Positions 48,160 to 58,037 of a DNA stretch of 64,000 bases are shown piece by piece (the first letter of the stretch is position 1; every line of letters starts with the position of its first letter). The stretch comes from an uncultured Collinsella sp. (GTDB taxonomy: Bacteria > Actinomycetota > Coriobacteriia > Coriobacteriales > Coriobacteriaceae): the NCBI GenBank assembly GCA_900543615.1, contig UQSC01000001.1, positions 17,684 to 81,683 on the forward strand, given 5' to 3'. A model generated the notes under the pieces. The model had not been told where the DNA came from, searched no databases, and saw only the letters and a program-made list of their open reading frames with translations. A program made the translations under genes and the position numbers.

Positions 48160-50124
48160 TTAGTACATCTTTGCGCCGGCAGGGATGGAAGCGTCGAGCT
48201 GGATCAGGTTGAGACGCTCCTCGCCCTCCTCCTCGTGGATGGCGCTGATGAGCATGCCGCAGCTGGGGATACCCATCATCTTGCGCGGAGGCAGGTTGGT
48301 GATGGCGAGCAGGGTCTTGCCGACCAGGTCCTCGGGCTCGTAATAATCGTGAATACCGGAGAGGATGGTGCGGTCGGTACCGGTGCCGTCGTCGAGCGTA
48401 AAGTTCAGCAGCTTCTTGGACTTCTTGACGGCCTCGCATGCCTTGACCTTAACGGCGCGGAAGTCGCTCTTGGAGAAGGTATCAAAGTCGACGAACTCCT
48501 CAAACAGCGGCTCGACGGCAATCTTGGAGTAGTCGAGCGTGGGCTTGAGCGGCTTGACGAAGGGACTCGCGGTGTTGCCGGCCTCGGCAGCCTTGGCAGC
48601 AGCGGCACCGGACTGGAAACCCTTCTCGGGCTTCATGTGCGGGAACAGCAGCACGTCGCGGATGGAAGCCTGGTTGGTGAGCAGCATGACCACGCGGTCG
48701 ATACCGATGCCGATGCCGCCCGCAGGAGGCATACCGTACTCGAGGGCGCGCACGTAATCCTCGTCGTACTCCATGGCCTCGTCGTCACCGCCGGCCTTCT
48801 CGGCCATCTGGGCAGCGAAGCGCTCGGCCTGGTCGACCGGGTCGTTGAGCTCGGAGAACGCGTTCGCGTACTCGTGGCCGGCGATGACCAGCTCAAAGCG
48901 ATGGGTCAGGCGCGGGTCATCCTCAAAGCGCTTGGCAAGCGGGCTAACCTCGATGGGGTAATCGCACACGAAGGTGGGGTTGACGATGGTGTCCTCGCCC
49001 AGCTCGTCATAGATCTCGGCGATGATCTTGCCGGCGGTCCACTCGGGCTTGATCTCCAGGCCCTTCTCGCGTGCGGCGGCAGCAAGCTCCTCGACCGGCG
49101 TGTCGATGGTGACCGGCTTGCCGAGCACGTCGGAGACAATGTCGGTCATGGGACGGCTGGCCCACTCGCCGGAGAGGTCGATGGTCTGGCCCTGGTACTC
49201 AATAACCTCGGGGTTGCCGATAGCCTTGTTAGCGGCCTTAATAACACCCTGGGCGAGCGCCTTCATGCCCTCGAGATCGGAGAAGGCGCGGTAGGCCTCC
49301 ATCGTGGTGAACTCGGGATTGTGGGTAAGGTCCATGCCCTCGTTGCGGAAGATACGACCGATCTCGAACACGCGCTCAAAGCCGCCGACGATGCAGCGCT
49401 TGAGGTGCAGCTCGGTGGCGATACGCAGGTAGCACTCCTGATCGAGCGCATTGAAGTGCGTGATGAACGGCTTGGCAGTAGCTCCGCCCTGGATGGTCTG
49501 CAGGATAGGGGTCTCGACCTCCATGTAGCCATCGGACTCCATAAAGCGGCGGAACGTGGAGAGAATCTGCGAACGCTTACGGAAGGTCTCGCGAACGTCG
49601 TCGTTGGCGATCAGGTCGACATAGCGCTGGCGATAACGGGTCTCCTTGTCGGAGAGACCGTGGAACTTCTCGGGCAGCGGGCGAACGGCCTTGGACAGCA
49701 GCGTCGCGCTCTTGGGGGCAACGGAAAGCTGGCCACGCTTGGTGCGCACGACTACACCGGTCACGCCCAGGATATCGCCCAGGTCGAGTGCCTTGAGCGT
49801 GCTCCAGGCGGCCTCGTCCATATCGTTGATGCGGCAGAACAGCTGAATCTCGGCAGTCGCATCGCGCACGACGATGAACATGATCTTGCCCTGACCGCGC
49901 TTGGCGACCACGCGACCGGCGATCTTCACAACGTCCTCGGTGTCCTCGCCATCGGCAAGCTCGGCGTACTTAGTCTCGATGTCGACGACATAGTCCTCAA
50001 TCTCGGAGTGCTCGGGATAGGGGTTCTGGCCCGCCTCGAACAGGGCGGCGCGCTTGGCCAGGCGGGTGGCGCGCTCGTCGTTGAGCGTCGATGCCTGATC
50101 GGCGGCGTTCTGGTTCTCTGCCAT
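48160..50124 (-). CDS. lysS: Lysine--tRNA ligase (class II) with a C-terminal tRNA-binding OB domain
   Basis: RYRQRYVDL, YLRIATEL, FRNEG..HNPEFT and GIGIDR, then FSKSDFRAVKV...KKLL...RTILSGI. Confidence 0.97.
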   Translation of the reverse strand: MAENQNAADQASTLNDERATRLAKRAALFEAGQNPYPEHSEIEDYVVDIETKYAELADGEDTEDVVKIAGRVVAKRGQGKIMFIVVRDATAEIQLFCRINDMDEAAWSTLKALDLGDILGVTGVVVRTKRGQLSVAPKSATLLSKAVRPLPEKFHGLSDKETRYRQRYVDLIANDDVRETFRKRSQILSTFRRFMESDGYMEVETPILQTIQGGATAKPFITHFNALDQECYLRIATELHLKRCIVGGFERVFEIGRIFRNEGMDLTHNPEFTTMEAYRAFSDLEGMKALAQGVIKAANKAIGNPEVIEYQGQTIDLSGEWASRPMTDIVSDVLGKPVTIDTPVEELAAAAREKGLEIKPEWTAGKIIAEIYDELGEDTIVNPTFVCDYPIEVSPLAKRFEDDPRLTHRFELVIAGHEYANAFSELNDPVDQAERFAAQMAEKAGGDDEAMEYDEDYVRALEYGMPPAGGIGIGIDRVVMLLTNQASIRDVLLFPHMKPEKGFQSGAAAAKAAEAGNTASPFVKPLKPTLDYSKIAVEPLFEEFVDFDTFSKSDFRAVKVKACEAVKKSKKLLNFTLDDGTGTDRTILSGIHDYYEPEDLVGKTLLAITNLPPRKMMGIPSCGMLISAIHEEEGEERLNLIQLDASIPAGAKMY

Positions 50125-50203
50125 AAGTTAGCTCCTCAAACTAAAACGCTCCCCAGGATTCGGTCCCAGGGAGCGAAAACATACCTTTACGCGGGACCGT
50201 GGT

Positions 50204-50674
50204 CTAGCGTGCGATCTTGGCGATGGTGTAGACGCGAGTCTTACCGGAAGGCGTAACGACCTCGACGGAGTCGCCCTCGCCATGACCGATGATGGCGTGG
50301 CCGACCGGAGACTCGTTGGAGATCTTGTGCTCGAGCGAGTTGGTCTCGGTGGTACCGACAAGCGTGACCTCGATGAGCTCACCGTTGGGGTCGACCAGGG
50401 TAACAGTCGAGCCAATGGATACGGTCAGGTCGCCCGTGCTGGCAGCGATCTGAGCGTTGGCGAGGATGGCCTGGATCTCGGCGATACGAGCGGCGTTCTG
50501 GGCCTGCTTGTCCTTGGCGGCATCGTACTCGGAGTTCTCCGAAAGGTCGCCGAACGCGCGGGCTTCCTTGATGTCCTCGACGATCTCCTTGGCGTAATCG
50601 CCCTCACGCCAAGCGAGCTCCTCGACGAGCTTCTGGCGGCCCTCAGCGGTCAGTACGATCTGGCTTGCGTCCAT
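50204..50674 (-). CDS. greA: Transcription elongation factor GreA
   Basis: ARAFGDLSENSEY and ISNESPVG. Confidence 0.96.
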   Translation of the reverse strand: MDASQIVLTAEGRQKLVEELAWREGDYAKEIVEDIKEARAFGDLSENSEYDAAKDKQAQNAARIAEIQAILANAQIAASTGDLTVSIGSTVTLVDPNGELIEVTLVGTTETNSLEHKISNESPVGHAIIGHGEGDSVEVVTPSGKTRVYTIAKIAR

Positions 50675-50781
50675 ACGGATATCTCCCCAACTATGATGTA
50701 ACGATCAACTGTCAACAAAAACGAAAAAGACCGGCTAGCCTGCGGGCAAGCCGGTCAGGTGCTCACCCCAAAGGGATGGGA

Positions 50782-51057
50782 CTACTCTGCGTCCGCGTCG
50801 CTGTCCTCTGCCTTCTTTTGCTTGGCAGCAGCGAGCTTGGCCTCGAGCTCTGCGATCTCCTTGTCCTCCTTGGACTCCTCGACCACAACCTCCTCGGCCT
50901 GCTTGGTTTCGCCCTTATCGTCGCCCTCCATACCCTCGCGGATATTCTTGACGGTAGAGCCGAGGGACTTACCGAGCTTCGGCAGGTTCTTGGGCCCAAA
51001 GATAATCAGGACAACGACGAGAATAATGATGAGCTCAGGAGCCCTCAGTCCAAACAT
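50782..51057 (-). CDS. tatA: Twin-arginine translocase subunit TatA/E
   Basis: MFGLRAPELIIILVVVLIIFGPKNLPKLGKSLG; GGAGG RBS; the ORF-track extension runs through tRNA-Pro. Confidence 0.93.
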   Translation of the reverse strand: MFGLRAPELIIILVVVLIIFGPKNLPKLGKSLGSTVKNIREGMEGDDKGETKQAEEVVVEESKEDKEIAELEAKLAAAKQKKAEDSDADAE

Positions 51058-51169
51058 GTAGACCTCCACAATACAGCGAGACAAGCTCGAATGAGTATAC
51101 CGCGGGTATCGCGGTATCACAACAATAGCTAAAAAAAGGGACCGCAAGAAGCGGTCCCTCCTCATGCTC

Positions 51170-51246
51170 TGGTCGGGTTGACTGGATTTGAACCAGCGAC
51201 CCCTGCGTCCCGAACGCAGTGCTCTACCAAACTGAGCCACAACCCG
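51170..51246 (-). tRNA. tRNA-Pro (CGG)
   Basis: CGGGTTGTGGCTCAG...TTCGGGA...GGTTCAAATCC...ACCA. Confidence 0.95.
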
Positions 51247-51295
51247 TTAGCTCGATTATAGTAACAAAGATTTCCGTCGTGTGCCAGAGAAATTT

Positions 51296-52192
51296 TTACT
51301 TCTTTGGCGCTTCAATACGAACCGTGTCGGAAACGAGCTCCGTTGCATAAGCCCACCAGCCGTTTTGTTGAGCGGCTGCCGCAAGATTGACTGCCGTGGC
51401 GGCAGTATCGCAAATGGCAAACGAGCAGGCACCCGAACCGCACACGTTTGCGGTAATGGTACCGTCCTGTGAACGAAGCCAGTCGAGCACCGTTTGAATC
51501 CGCGGCTCCATCTGCGCGGAAATGACACCCAGGTTGTTGTGGACGAGCGCGTAGGCCGCCTCTGCGTCTCCCGAGCGAAGGGCAGATGCGATCGCTCCGG
51601 GCTTGTCCGCAGGCGCTGGGGTCTCGTCAAAACGTCGATAGGCTTCAATTGTTGAAACGCTTGCCTCGCGCGGCTTGACCAGCACGACGGGTGTCGCGGG
51701 TAGTGCGGGGTACTCGGTTGCCAGCACGTCTCCCCCACCCACGTAAAATGCAGGGCTCGCGTGCAAAAAGAACGGCACGTCGGCGCCAATGCCACGCGCA
51801 ATCTCGTCCAGCGCAGGATCGGTGCGGTCGATACCCCACAGCTCTGCCAAGGCGACAATGACCGCCGCGGCATCCGTTGAAGGACCGCCCAGGCCGGCAC
51901 ACAACGGGATGCGTTTCTCGATCGTGATGCAGACGTTGGCCTCGCGACCATAATGCTCGGCCATAGCAGCGGCCGCACGATACGCCGTATTTTTTTGCAT
52001 GGGAAAGTCGGATGCCGGAATCGTCTGGACGGTCAGCGCCTGTGCCGGCGTAACCGTCACGGTATCGACAAGACCGACGGCTGCCATCAGGGAATCGACC
52101 TTATGGTAGCCGCGGTCGTCACGCTCGGTATGAACCCCCAGGTAGAGGTTGATCTTTGCCGGCGCGGAAAGGGTCAGGGACCAATCGGTCAC
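51296..52192 (-). CDS. ispE: 4-diphosphocytidyl-2-C-methyl-D-erythritol kinase
   Basis: APAKINLYL, KRIP..AGLGGPSTDAA and GADVPF. Confidence 0.94.
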   Translation of the reverse strand: MTDWSLTLSAPAKINLYLGVHTERDDRGYHKVDSLMAAVGLVDTVTVTPAQALTVQTIPASDFPMQKNTAYRAAAAMAEHYGREANVCITIEKRIPLCAGLGGPSTDAAAVIVALAELWGIDRTDPALDEIARGIGADVPFFLHASPAFYVGGGDVLATEYPALPATPVVLVKPREASVSTIEAYRRFDETPAPADKPGAIASALRSGDAEAAYALVHNNLGVISAQMEPRIQTVLDWLRSQDGTITANVCGSGACSFAICDTAATAVNLAAAAQQNGWWAYATELVSDTVRIEAPKK

Positions 52193-52194
52193 CG

Positions 52195-52491
52195 CTAGTG
52201 CTCCTCGAGCTGATTGCCGAGCGGGGTAAAAATGTGCTCGCCGCTCTCGGGGTCGAACAGCTCGACCTGGCCGGTGAGAACATCAATATACTGGTAGGAC
52301 TGACGCGACTTGCGGCCACGGCGCTCGTCGACCTCGACGATAAAGACTGCCGGATGGACGCTCTTGATGGTGCCCATGCGCTCGACGACGCGGGTGCGGC
52401 CCATGTTGGCCTTCACCTTAACGCGATCGCCCACCATATCGGTCAGCTTCTCGTGGATGTCGTCGACGTGATTGACTTCCATCTCTTCCAT
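52195..52491 (-). CDS. veg: Veg family protein
   Basis: VKANMGR...G.I...HPAVF.V...SYQYIDVLT; adjacent to ispE as in Bacillus. Confidence 0.85.
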   Translation of the reverse strand: MEEMEVNHVDDIHEKLTDMVGDRVKVKANMGRTRVVERMGTIKSVHPAVFIVEVDERRGRKSRQSYQYIDVLTGQVELFDPESGEHIFTPLGNQLEEH

Positions 52492-52558
52492 GAACAGGGC
52501 CTCCAGAAGGTGCAATTCAAAAAGGGGATAATACCCCTACGATAGACAAAACTCTAAT

Positions 52559-52588
52559 ATTATAGCACCCTGTTACAACCCCGCGCAA
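52559..52588 (-). promoter_or_regulatory. veg-ispE promoter
   Basis: TTGCGC-18-TATAAT with an extended TG. Confidence 0.6.
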
Positions 52589-52621
52589 GTAGCTAAATAA
52601 GCCTCGTCCCAAATTGACTAT

Positions 52622-53068
52622 TTACAGATTGTCGGTATCGAGGACGATGGTGAATGGACCGTCGTTGACGAGGTCGACCTTCATGTCGGCGCCGAAAATG
52701 CCATGCGCTACGTGCTCGACGTCCTCGCGCACAAGCGTCAGGAAGTACTCGTAGAGCTCGTTGGCGACATCGGGGGCGCCGGCATCCGTAAACGATGGGC
52801 GGCGGCCGTGACGGCAATCGGCGAACAGCGTGAACTGCGACACCACGAGAACCTCGCCGTCGACATCGGCAAGTGCCAGGTTGGTCTTGCCGTTCTCGTC
52901 CTCGTTAATGCGCAAGCCCCGGAGCTTGCCCCACAGCTTATCGGCCTCGGCGCGCGTGTCGCCGTGGCCCACGCCCAGCAGCACCAGATAGCCGCGCCCG
53001 ATTTTGCCCACGCACTCGCCGTCGACCGTCACGCCGGCGTTGAGCACGCGCTGCACCACCGCACGCAC
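52622..53068 (-). CDS. dtd: D-aminoacyl-tRNA deacylase
   Basis: MRAVVQRV, SQFTL and NDGPFT. Confidence 0.96.
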   Translation of the reverse strand: MRAVVQRVLNAGVTVDGECVGKIGRGYLVLLGVGHGDTRAEADKLWGKLRGLRINEDENGKTNLALADVDGEVLVVSQFTLFADCRHGRRPSFTDAGAPDVANELYEYFLTLVREDVEHVAHGIFGADMKVDLVNDGPFTIVLDTDNL

Positions 53069-53071
53069 GGC

Positions 53072-53713
53072 CTACTCCTCGCCCGTCAGTTTGGCGGATA
53101 GGTGCTCGAGCGCATGGAATCGATGGCTGATGGCGTTCTTCTCGTCCGCCGTCAGTTCGGCCATGGTCTTGCCCGGCGTGTCGACCGGCAGGAACAGCGG
53201 GTCGTAGCCAAAGCCGTGATCGCCGCGGCCCTCATGTGCGATAACGCCCTCGCAGGCGCCCTCACCATAGGTGACCAAACCGTCCGTGTCGATGAGCACG
53301 ACGACACTCATAAAGCGCGCAGTGCGGTCCTCGTCGGCCACGCCTTCCAGATTCACGAGCAGCTTGGCATTGTTGGCGGCATCGTCGCCGTGCACGCCCG
53401 CGTAGCGCGCGCTGTACACACCGGGCTCACCGTCCAGCGCGTCGACGACCAGGCCCGAATCGTCGGCAATGGCCATGAGCCCCGTCTCTTCGACGGCAGC
53501 CTGCGCCTTGATGATGGCGTTCTCCAAAAACGTCGTGCCGTTTTCCTCGGGGTCCTCAAAATCGCCCAGCTGGCCGAGCGCCACAAAGCGAACCTCGGGC
53601 ATAACCTTGCCCAAAATGGCCTCAATCTCGGTGAGCTTATGGGCGTTGCCCGTTGCCACGACGATGGTCGCCGCCGGGTCGAGGGTGTCGATGTCGATCT
53701 TCTCAAGTGCCAT
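53072..53713 (-). CDS. rdgB: Non-canonical purine NTP pyrophosphatase (RdgB/HAM1)
   Basis: ATGNAHK, ADDSGL, GFGYDP and KNAISHR. Confidence 0.94.
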   Translation of the reverse strand: MALEKIDIDTLDPAATIVVATGNAHKLTEIEAILGKVMPEVRFVALGQLGDFEDPEENGTTFLENAIIKAQAAVEETGLMAIADDSGLVVDALDGEPGVYSARYAGVHGDDAANNAKLLVNLEGVADEDRTARFMSVVVLIDTDGLVTYGEGACEGVIAHEGRGDHGFGYDPLFLPVDTPGKTMAELTADEKNAISHRFHALEHLSAKLTGEE

Positions 53714-53803
53714 GAGTGGTCTCCTTGTCCGTATAGCAAAGTCACGTAAAAGGGACTGGCCCTTCGGCGTCTCCCCTTTCATGTGCCATCAACCTTATCT
53801 ATC

Positions 53804-53857
53804 GGCGTTTCCGCAGATAAAACCTACCAAAATAAACCTGTCCCTTTTTGGCAGGTT
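53804..53857 (-). repeat. GGGACAG-core REP-like hairpin (copy of 16271-16324)
   Basis: Overlaps the rph TAA stop; 52/54 identity with the 16271 copy. Confidence 0.85.
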
Positions 53858-54581
53858 AGGCGAGGACTTGGCGCTGGAGCTCGATGAGTTCGGCAATGCC
53901 CTTGTCGCCCAAATCGAGCAGAGCATTGAGGCGCTTGCGGTCGAAGGGCGCCTGCTCGCCAGTGCCCTGGAGCTCGATCGTCTCACCGGTATCGGTGGCG
54001 ACAAGGTTCATGTCGACCTCGGCGTGACTGTCCTCGGAATAATCCAGGTCGAGCAGGGTGTTGCCGTCGACAACGCCCATGGAAATCGCGGCGACCTGGC
54101 CCGTGAGCGGGATGCGCTCGAGCTTACCCGCCTCGACCCACATGGCAAGGGCGTCGTGCAGCGCCACCCAGGCGCCGGTAATGCTCGCCGTTCGCGTGCC
54201 GCCGTCTGCCTGAATCACGTCGCAGTCGACGGTAACGGTGTACTCGCCGAGTGCCTTCATGTTGACGACGGTACGCAGGCTGCGACCGATGAGGCGCTCG
54301 ATCTCCATGGAGCGGCCCTTGCGGTTGGCATGCTCGCGCTTGCAGCGCTTGCCGGTCGATGCCGGCAGCATGGCGTACTCCGCCGTTACCCAACCGGCCT
54401 TGGCGCCCTTGCGCCAGCCCGGCACGCCCTCCTCGATGGTGGCAGCGCACAGCACGCGCGTATCGCCAAACTCGGCCAGGCACGAACCGTGGGCGTGCTT
54501 CATGACGCCGCGGGTAAGCTTGATGGGACGCAGCTCATCGGCGGCGCGGCCGTTGGCGCGATTGACCTGCATATACTCCAT
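53856..54581 (-). CDS. rph: Ribonuclease PH
   Basis: GWVTAEYAMLP, RLIGRSLR, QADGGTRTA and DLDYSEDS. Confidence 0.96.
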   Translation of the reverse strand: MEYMQVNRANGRAADELRPIKLTRGVMKHAHGSCLAEFGDTRVLCAATIEEGVPGWRKGAKAGWVTAEYAMLPASTGKRCKREHANRKGRSMEIERLIGRSLRTVVNMKALGEYTVTVDCDVIQADGGTRTASITGAWVALHDALAMWVEAGKLERIPLTGQVAAISMGVVDGNTLLDLDYSEDSHAEVDMNLVATDTGETIELQGTGEQAPFDRKRLNALLDLGDKGIAELIELQRQVLA

Positions 54582-54636
54582 AGAAAAATCCTTTCGGCAA
54601 AAGGTGAAAGTGAGCCTTTGGTCGGTGACCTTATAT

Positions 54637-55521
54637 CTATTTCAGTTCGTCGATATCGATATGCTCAATGCTCTTGAGCGGCTGGCCAAAGATAAAGCTG
54701 CCCGCCACCGCAAACTCGGCAATGTTATCGGCCGTCGTTGCAAAACGATGCTGCGGCTCGGCTGCGTCGCCCGCCAGTTGCTCGCGGCGCGTGAGAATAT
54801 CGGTCAGCTCGCGCGTGGTCTCCTCGGCGGAGCTCACCACGCGCACTCCGGGACCCAGCACATGGCGAATAGGCCCCACGAGCAGCGGGAAATGCGTGCA
54901 GCCGAGTACCACGGTATCGATGCCGTGGTCGCGCAGCGGTTCAACCGTGGCACCGACCAGCGCGCGTACGGCAGGCGTATCAAAGATGTCCTCGTTCTCG
55001 AGCCACTGCTCTTGCAGATGCGCGCCCGAGGCGAGCTCGTGCTCAACGACCTCGACAAAACTCGAGGCAGGGCAGCCGTATACGTCGACGCCGGCATCCA
55101 GGTCCTGAATGGCACGCGTGTAAGCGCCTGAGCGAATGGTGAGGTTGGTGGCGAGCACGCCCACCCGGCGCGTGCGGGTGCTGTTGATTGCCGCGCGTGC
55201 GCCCGGTGCGATCACACCGATGACGGGGACGTCGAGCACCTGCTGGGCCAAGCGCAAGGCCGCAGCGGTCGCCGTATTGCAGGCGATGACCATGATCTTG
55301 ACGTCGTGCTTCGACAGCCAACGGCCCGCCTGCAGTGCAAATGTGCGCACCTCGTCCTCGGTGCGGGTGCCGTAGGGGCAGCGCTTGGTGTCGCCAAAGT
55401 AGTAGACGGACTCGTGCGGCAACGCCGTCGCAATCGCGCGCGCAACCGTCAGACCGCCTAGACCCGAGTCGAACACACCGATCGGGCGCGTGTCACCTGA
55501 CAGATTCTCGATATCGGACAT
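54637..55521 (-). CDS. murI: Glutamate racemase
   Basis: FDSGLGG, IACNTAT and LGCTHFP. Confidence 0.96.
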   Translation of the reverse strand: MSDIENLSGDTRPIGVFDSGLGGLTVARAIATALPHESVYYFGDTKRCPYGTRTEDEVRTFALQAGRWLSKHDVKIMVIACNTATAAALRLAQQVLDVPVIGVIAPGARAAINSTRTRRVGVLATNLTIRSGAYTRAIQDLDAGVDVYGCPASSFVEVVEHELASGAHLQEQWLENEDIFDTPAVRALVGATVEPLRDHGIDTVVLGCTHFPLLVGPIRHVLGPGVRVVSSAEETTRELTDILTRREQLAGDAAEPQHRFATTADNIAEFAVAGSFIFGQPLKSIEHIDIDELK

Positions 55522-55574
55522 TACCTCACCAGATTCTCTCTCGAAAAGATATGGCTCAGAACGATAGGGCCGCG

Positions 55575-56486
55575 CTACGAACGAGCCGCGACGAGCAGCT
55601 CTGCCGTTGCCGCCCAGCCGTCGACAATCTTGCCGCGCGTGACGTAGGCGTTATCGCAAGCATCCAGGAACTCGGGCGCGCCGGCGCTGGTCAAACCGTT
55701 CTCGACCAGGCAGAACGTGCCCACGTGGTCAGCCATGTAGAAGTCGGACTCGGAATCGCCGAGCGCCAGCGTCTCCTCGCGCTCGATACCCAGGTGCTCG
55801 CAGAAACGTGCGATGGCAACGCCCTTGTTGAGGCCGGCGGGATTGATGTTAAACGCGCGGCCATCCTCGACGCGTTCGAGCTCGAGCGTCGTCGGCTTGG
55901 ACAGATGCGTCAGGTGACCGTTGCAGGCCCAGACCAGGCCGCAGCCGGCCTCGTCCAGGATGGCCTGGACCTCGTCGTCGGGCACATCGCCGCGCATGCC
56001 GACGGTGACCTCGCGGTACTTGTAGCCAGTCGACATATCGTTGTGGTACTCGATCTTATGCGGCCAGCGGGCGAGAATCTTCTCGCACACGCCGGTCTGC
56101 TCGATCACCTGATGCGGTGTGAGGCCGCAGGCGGGATCGTAGGGCATATCGCCGGTCAGATACTCCCAATCGTTGGCCTTGAGATCGTACATGACCAGGC
56201 CACCCATCTCGCCGATGTAGGAGTTGAGGCCGAGCACGCGCGCATCCTCGTGGATCATGGTACGGTTGCGGCCCGAGGTGGGAACCACCTGGATGCCGGC
56301 GCGGGCAAGTGCCACGACAGCCTCGACGAGCTTGGTCGAGGGGTTGCCGTCGTTGTCGCGCAGCACGCACGAGCCGGGCGCGAGCATGGTGGCGTCCAAG
56401 TCGGTAAAGACGTACTTAACCTTGGCAAGGCGTTCGCGCATCTCGCCCGAAAGCTCAGCGACGGTCGGCAGGGTATTGTGGGACAT
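55575..56486 (-). CDS. HAD-superfamily (Cof/IIB-like) hydrolase
   Basis: FTDLDAT, TSGR, NKG and GDSESD. Confidence 0.85.
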   Translation of the reverse strand: MSHNTLPTVAELSGEMRERLAKVKYVFTDLDATMLAPGSCVLRDNDGNPSTKLVEAVVALARAGIQVVPTSGRNRTMIHEDARVLGLNSYIGEMGGLVMYDLKANDWEYLTGDMPYDPACGLTPHQVIEQTGVCEKILARWPHKIEYHNDMSTGYKYREVTVGMRGDVPDDEVQAILDEAGCGLVWACNGHLTHLSKPTTLELERVEDGRAFNINPAGLNKGVAIARFCEHLGIEREETLALGDSESDFYMADHVGTFCLVENGLTSAGAPEFLDACDNAYVTRGKIVDGWAATAELLVAARS

Positions 56487-56519
56487 GGTCACTCCATTAC
56501 GTAGAAGGGGCTTCTGGTC

Positions 56520-58037
56520 TTAGGCGTCGTACGCCGCAAGGGTGCGCTTGAGAATCGAACCGTCGCGCTCACAAGGCTCGGGTCCGTTCTTGCGCAGCAT
56601 ACGCTCTTCCTCGCCCTTACCGGTCACGATGACCACGGCAGGACGGACGGTCTCACGCACGGCGGTCTCGATAGCGGCAACGCGATCAGTCACGATTTGC
56701 CAGTTATCATTTCCCTGCGCTTGAACGTTGCGCGCGATCTCGGCGCAAATATCCTCGACATCCTCGGGGCCGGGGTCATCCTCGGTAATCACGATTCGGT
56801 CGGCATACTTGCCAGCGGCGATGCCCATCGTGGTGCGTCGATCGACACCCTTACCACCCGTAGCGCCAAATACAACCGCCAGCTCGCGCTCGGGATAGTT
56901 CTCGCGCAAGTCGCGCAGGAGTGTCTCGAGGCTCATGCCGTTATGTGCAAAATCGACGATACCCAAGATTTTGCCCGATACGGACGGATAGAGCTCCATA
57001 CGGCCGGGAACGAAGACGCCCTCAAAGCCGTGGACGATACCCTCTTCGGAAATGCCCAAGGCCTCGGCGCAGGCAATAGCGGCAAGCGCGTTGGACACAT
57101 TGAACTTAACCGGCGTGGGAATCACAATGTCGCGCGTAAAGCGGGGCGTGCGCACCGTTGCCACCACGCCGCAGTCACCATTGCGAATCGCCAGCGCAAG
57201 CACGTCGGCACGCTCGTCGGTCAGGGAGAACGTCACCGTACGTTCGCAACGAGATGCCGCCTCGAGCACACGATCGACCTTATCCATATCGAGATTGACC
57301 ACGGCAAAACGGCTCTGCGAGAAGATTTTGAGCTTGCTGGCAAAGTAATCCTCGAGCGTCGGATGCTCAATCGGCGAAATGTGATCCTCGCCGATATTGG
57401 TAAAGGCGCCGACTTCAAAGGCAATCTTGCCCGTGCGCTCGTATTTGAGGCCCTGGCTCGATGCCTCCATAACCAGCCACGGGGCACCCGCCTCCGCAGC
57501 ATGCGCAATGCGAGACTGCAGCAGAAAGGATTCGGGGGTCGTCAGCTTGGAAGGACCCGCCTCGATGCCGTCGTCGAACTCAATGCCCGTATTAAGAGCG
57601 GGCCGATGACAGCCCGTAAGCTTGGCCTCGTTGACGAGAATGCCGCGCAGATAAAAGCTACAGGTCGACTTGCCCTTGGTGCCTGTAAAGGCGCAGACCT
57701 TCACCTTACCCGACGGGTGTCCATAAAAGGCATCTGCCACCACGGCGAGCGTGCGACGAATATCACTCACAATCACCGCGGGAAGATCAACATCGTAATC
57801 GACCTCGGAAACGTAGGCCACGGCGCCATCGGCGATTGCCGAAAGCAGGTACTCACGCTTAAACGCGCGGCCCTTGCAGACAAACAACGTGCCCGGACGC
57901 ACCTGGCGCGAGTCGTCAGTCGCAAACTCAATGCGCTGGTCGCACGAAGCGCTCGGTTTGGAAACAACAAGGTCATCTTCCTCGAGCAACTCTATATAGC
58001 GCATCAGAGTTAGCTTCTCTTGTGTCGGACTCGACAT
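56520..58037 (-). CDS. murE: UDP-N-acetylmuramoyl-tripeptide synthetase (MurE family)
   Basis: DSRQV, TGTKGKST, TTPES, MEASSQ, DHI, PGRME and DFAHN; the specificity loop reads EDDPG. Confidence 0.88.
   Translation of the reverse strand: MSSPTQEKLTLMRYIELLEEDDLVVSKPSASCDQRIEFATDDSRQVRPGTLFVCKGRAFKREYLLSAIADGAVAYVSEVDYDVDLPAVIVSDIRRTLAVVADAFYGHPSGKVKVCAFTGTKGKSTCSFYLRGILVNEAKLTGCHRPALNTGIEFDDGIEAGPSKLTTPESFLLQSRIAHAAEAGAPWLVMEASSQGLKYERTGKIAFEVGAFTNIGEDHISPIEHPTLEDYFASKLKIFSQSRFAVVNLDMDKVDRVLEAASRCERTVTFSLTDERADVLALAIRNGDCGVVATVRTPRFTRDIVIPTPVKFNVSNALAAIACAEALGISEEGIVHGFEGVFVPGRMELYPSVSGKILGIVDFAHNGMSLETLLRDLRENYPERELAVVFGATGGKGVDRRTTMGIAAGKYADRIVITEDDPGPEDVEDICAEIARNVQAQGNDNWQIVTDRVAAIETAVRETVRPAVVIVTGKGEEERMLRKNGPEPCERDGSILKRTLAAYDA

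Noticed and set aside
2836..50256. Long antisense ORFs (e.g. 2836-4647, 6077-8017, 10747-12198, 22386-24491, 25002-26246, 30626-32185, 40621-43200, 48235-50256)
   Set aside because: They are shadows of well-supported genes on the opposite strand, expected from high-GC codon bias, and carry no recognisable motifs.
51058..51240. N-terminal extension of TatA in the ORF track
   Set aside because: It reads through tRNA-Pro and its terminator; the real start with an RBS is at 51057.
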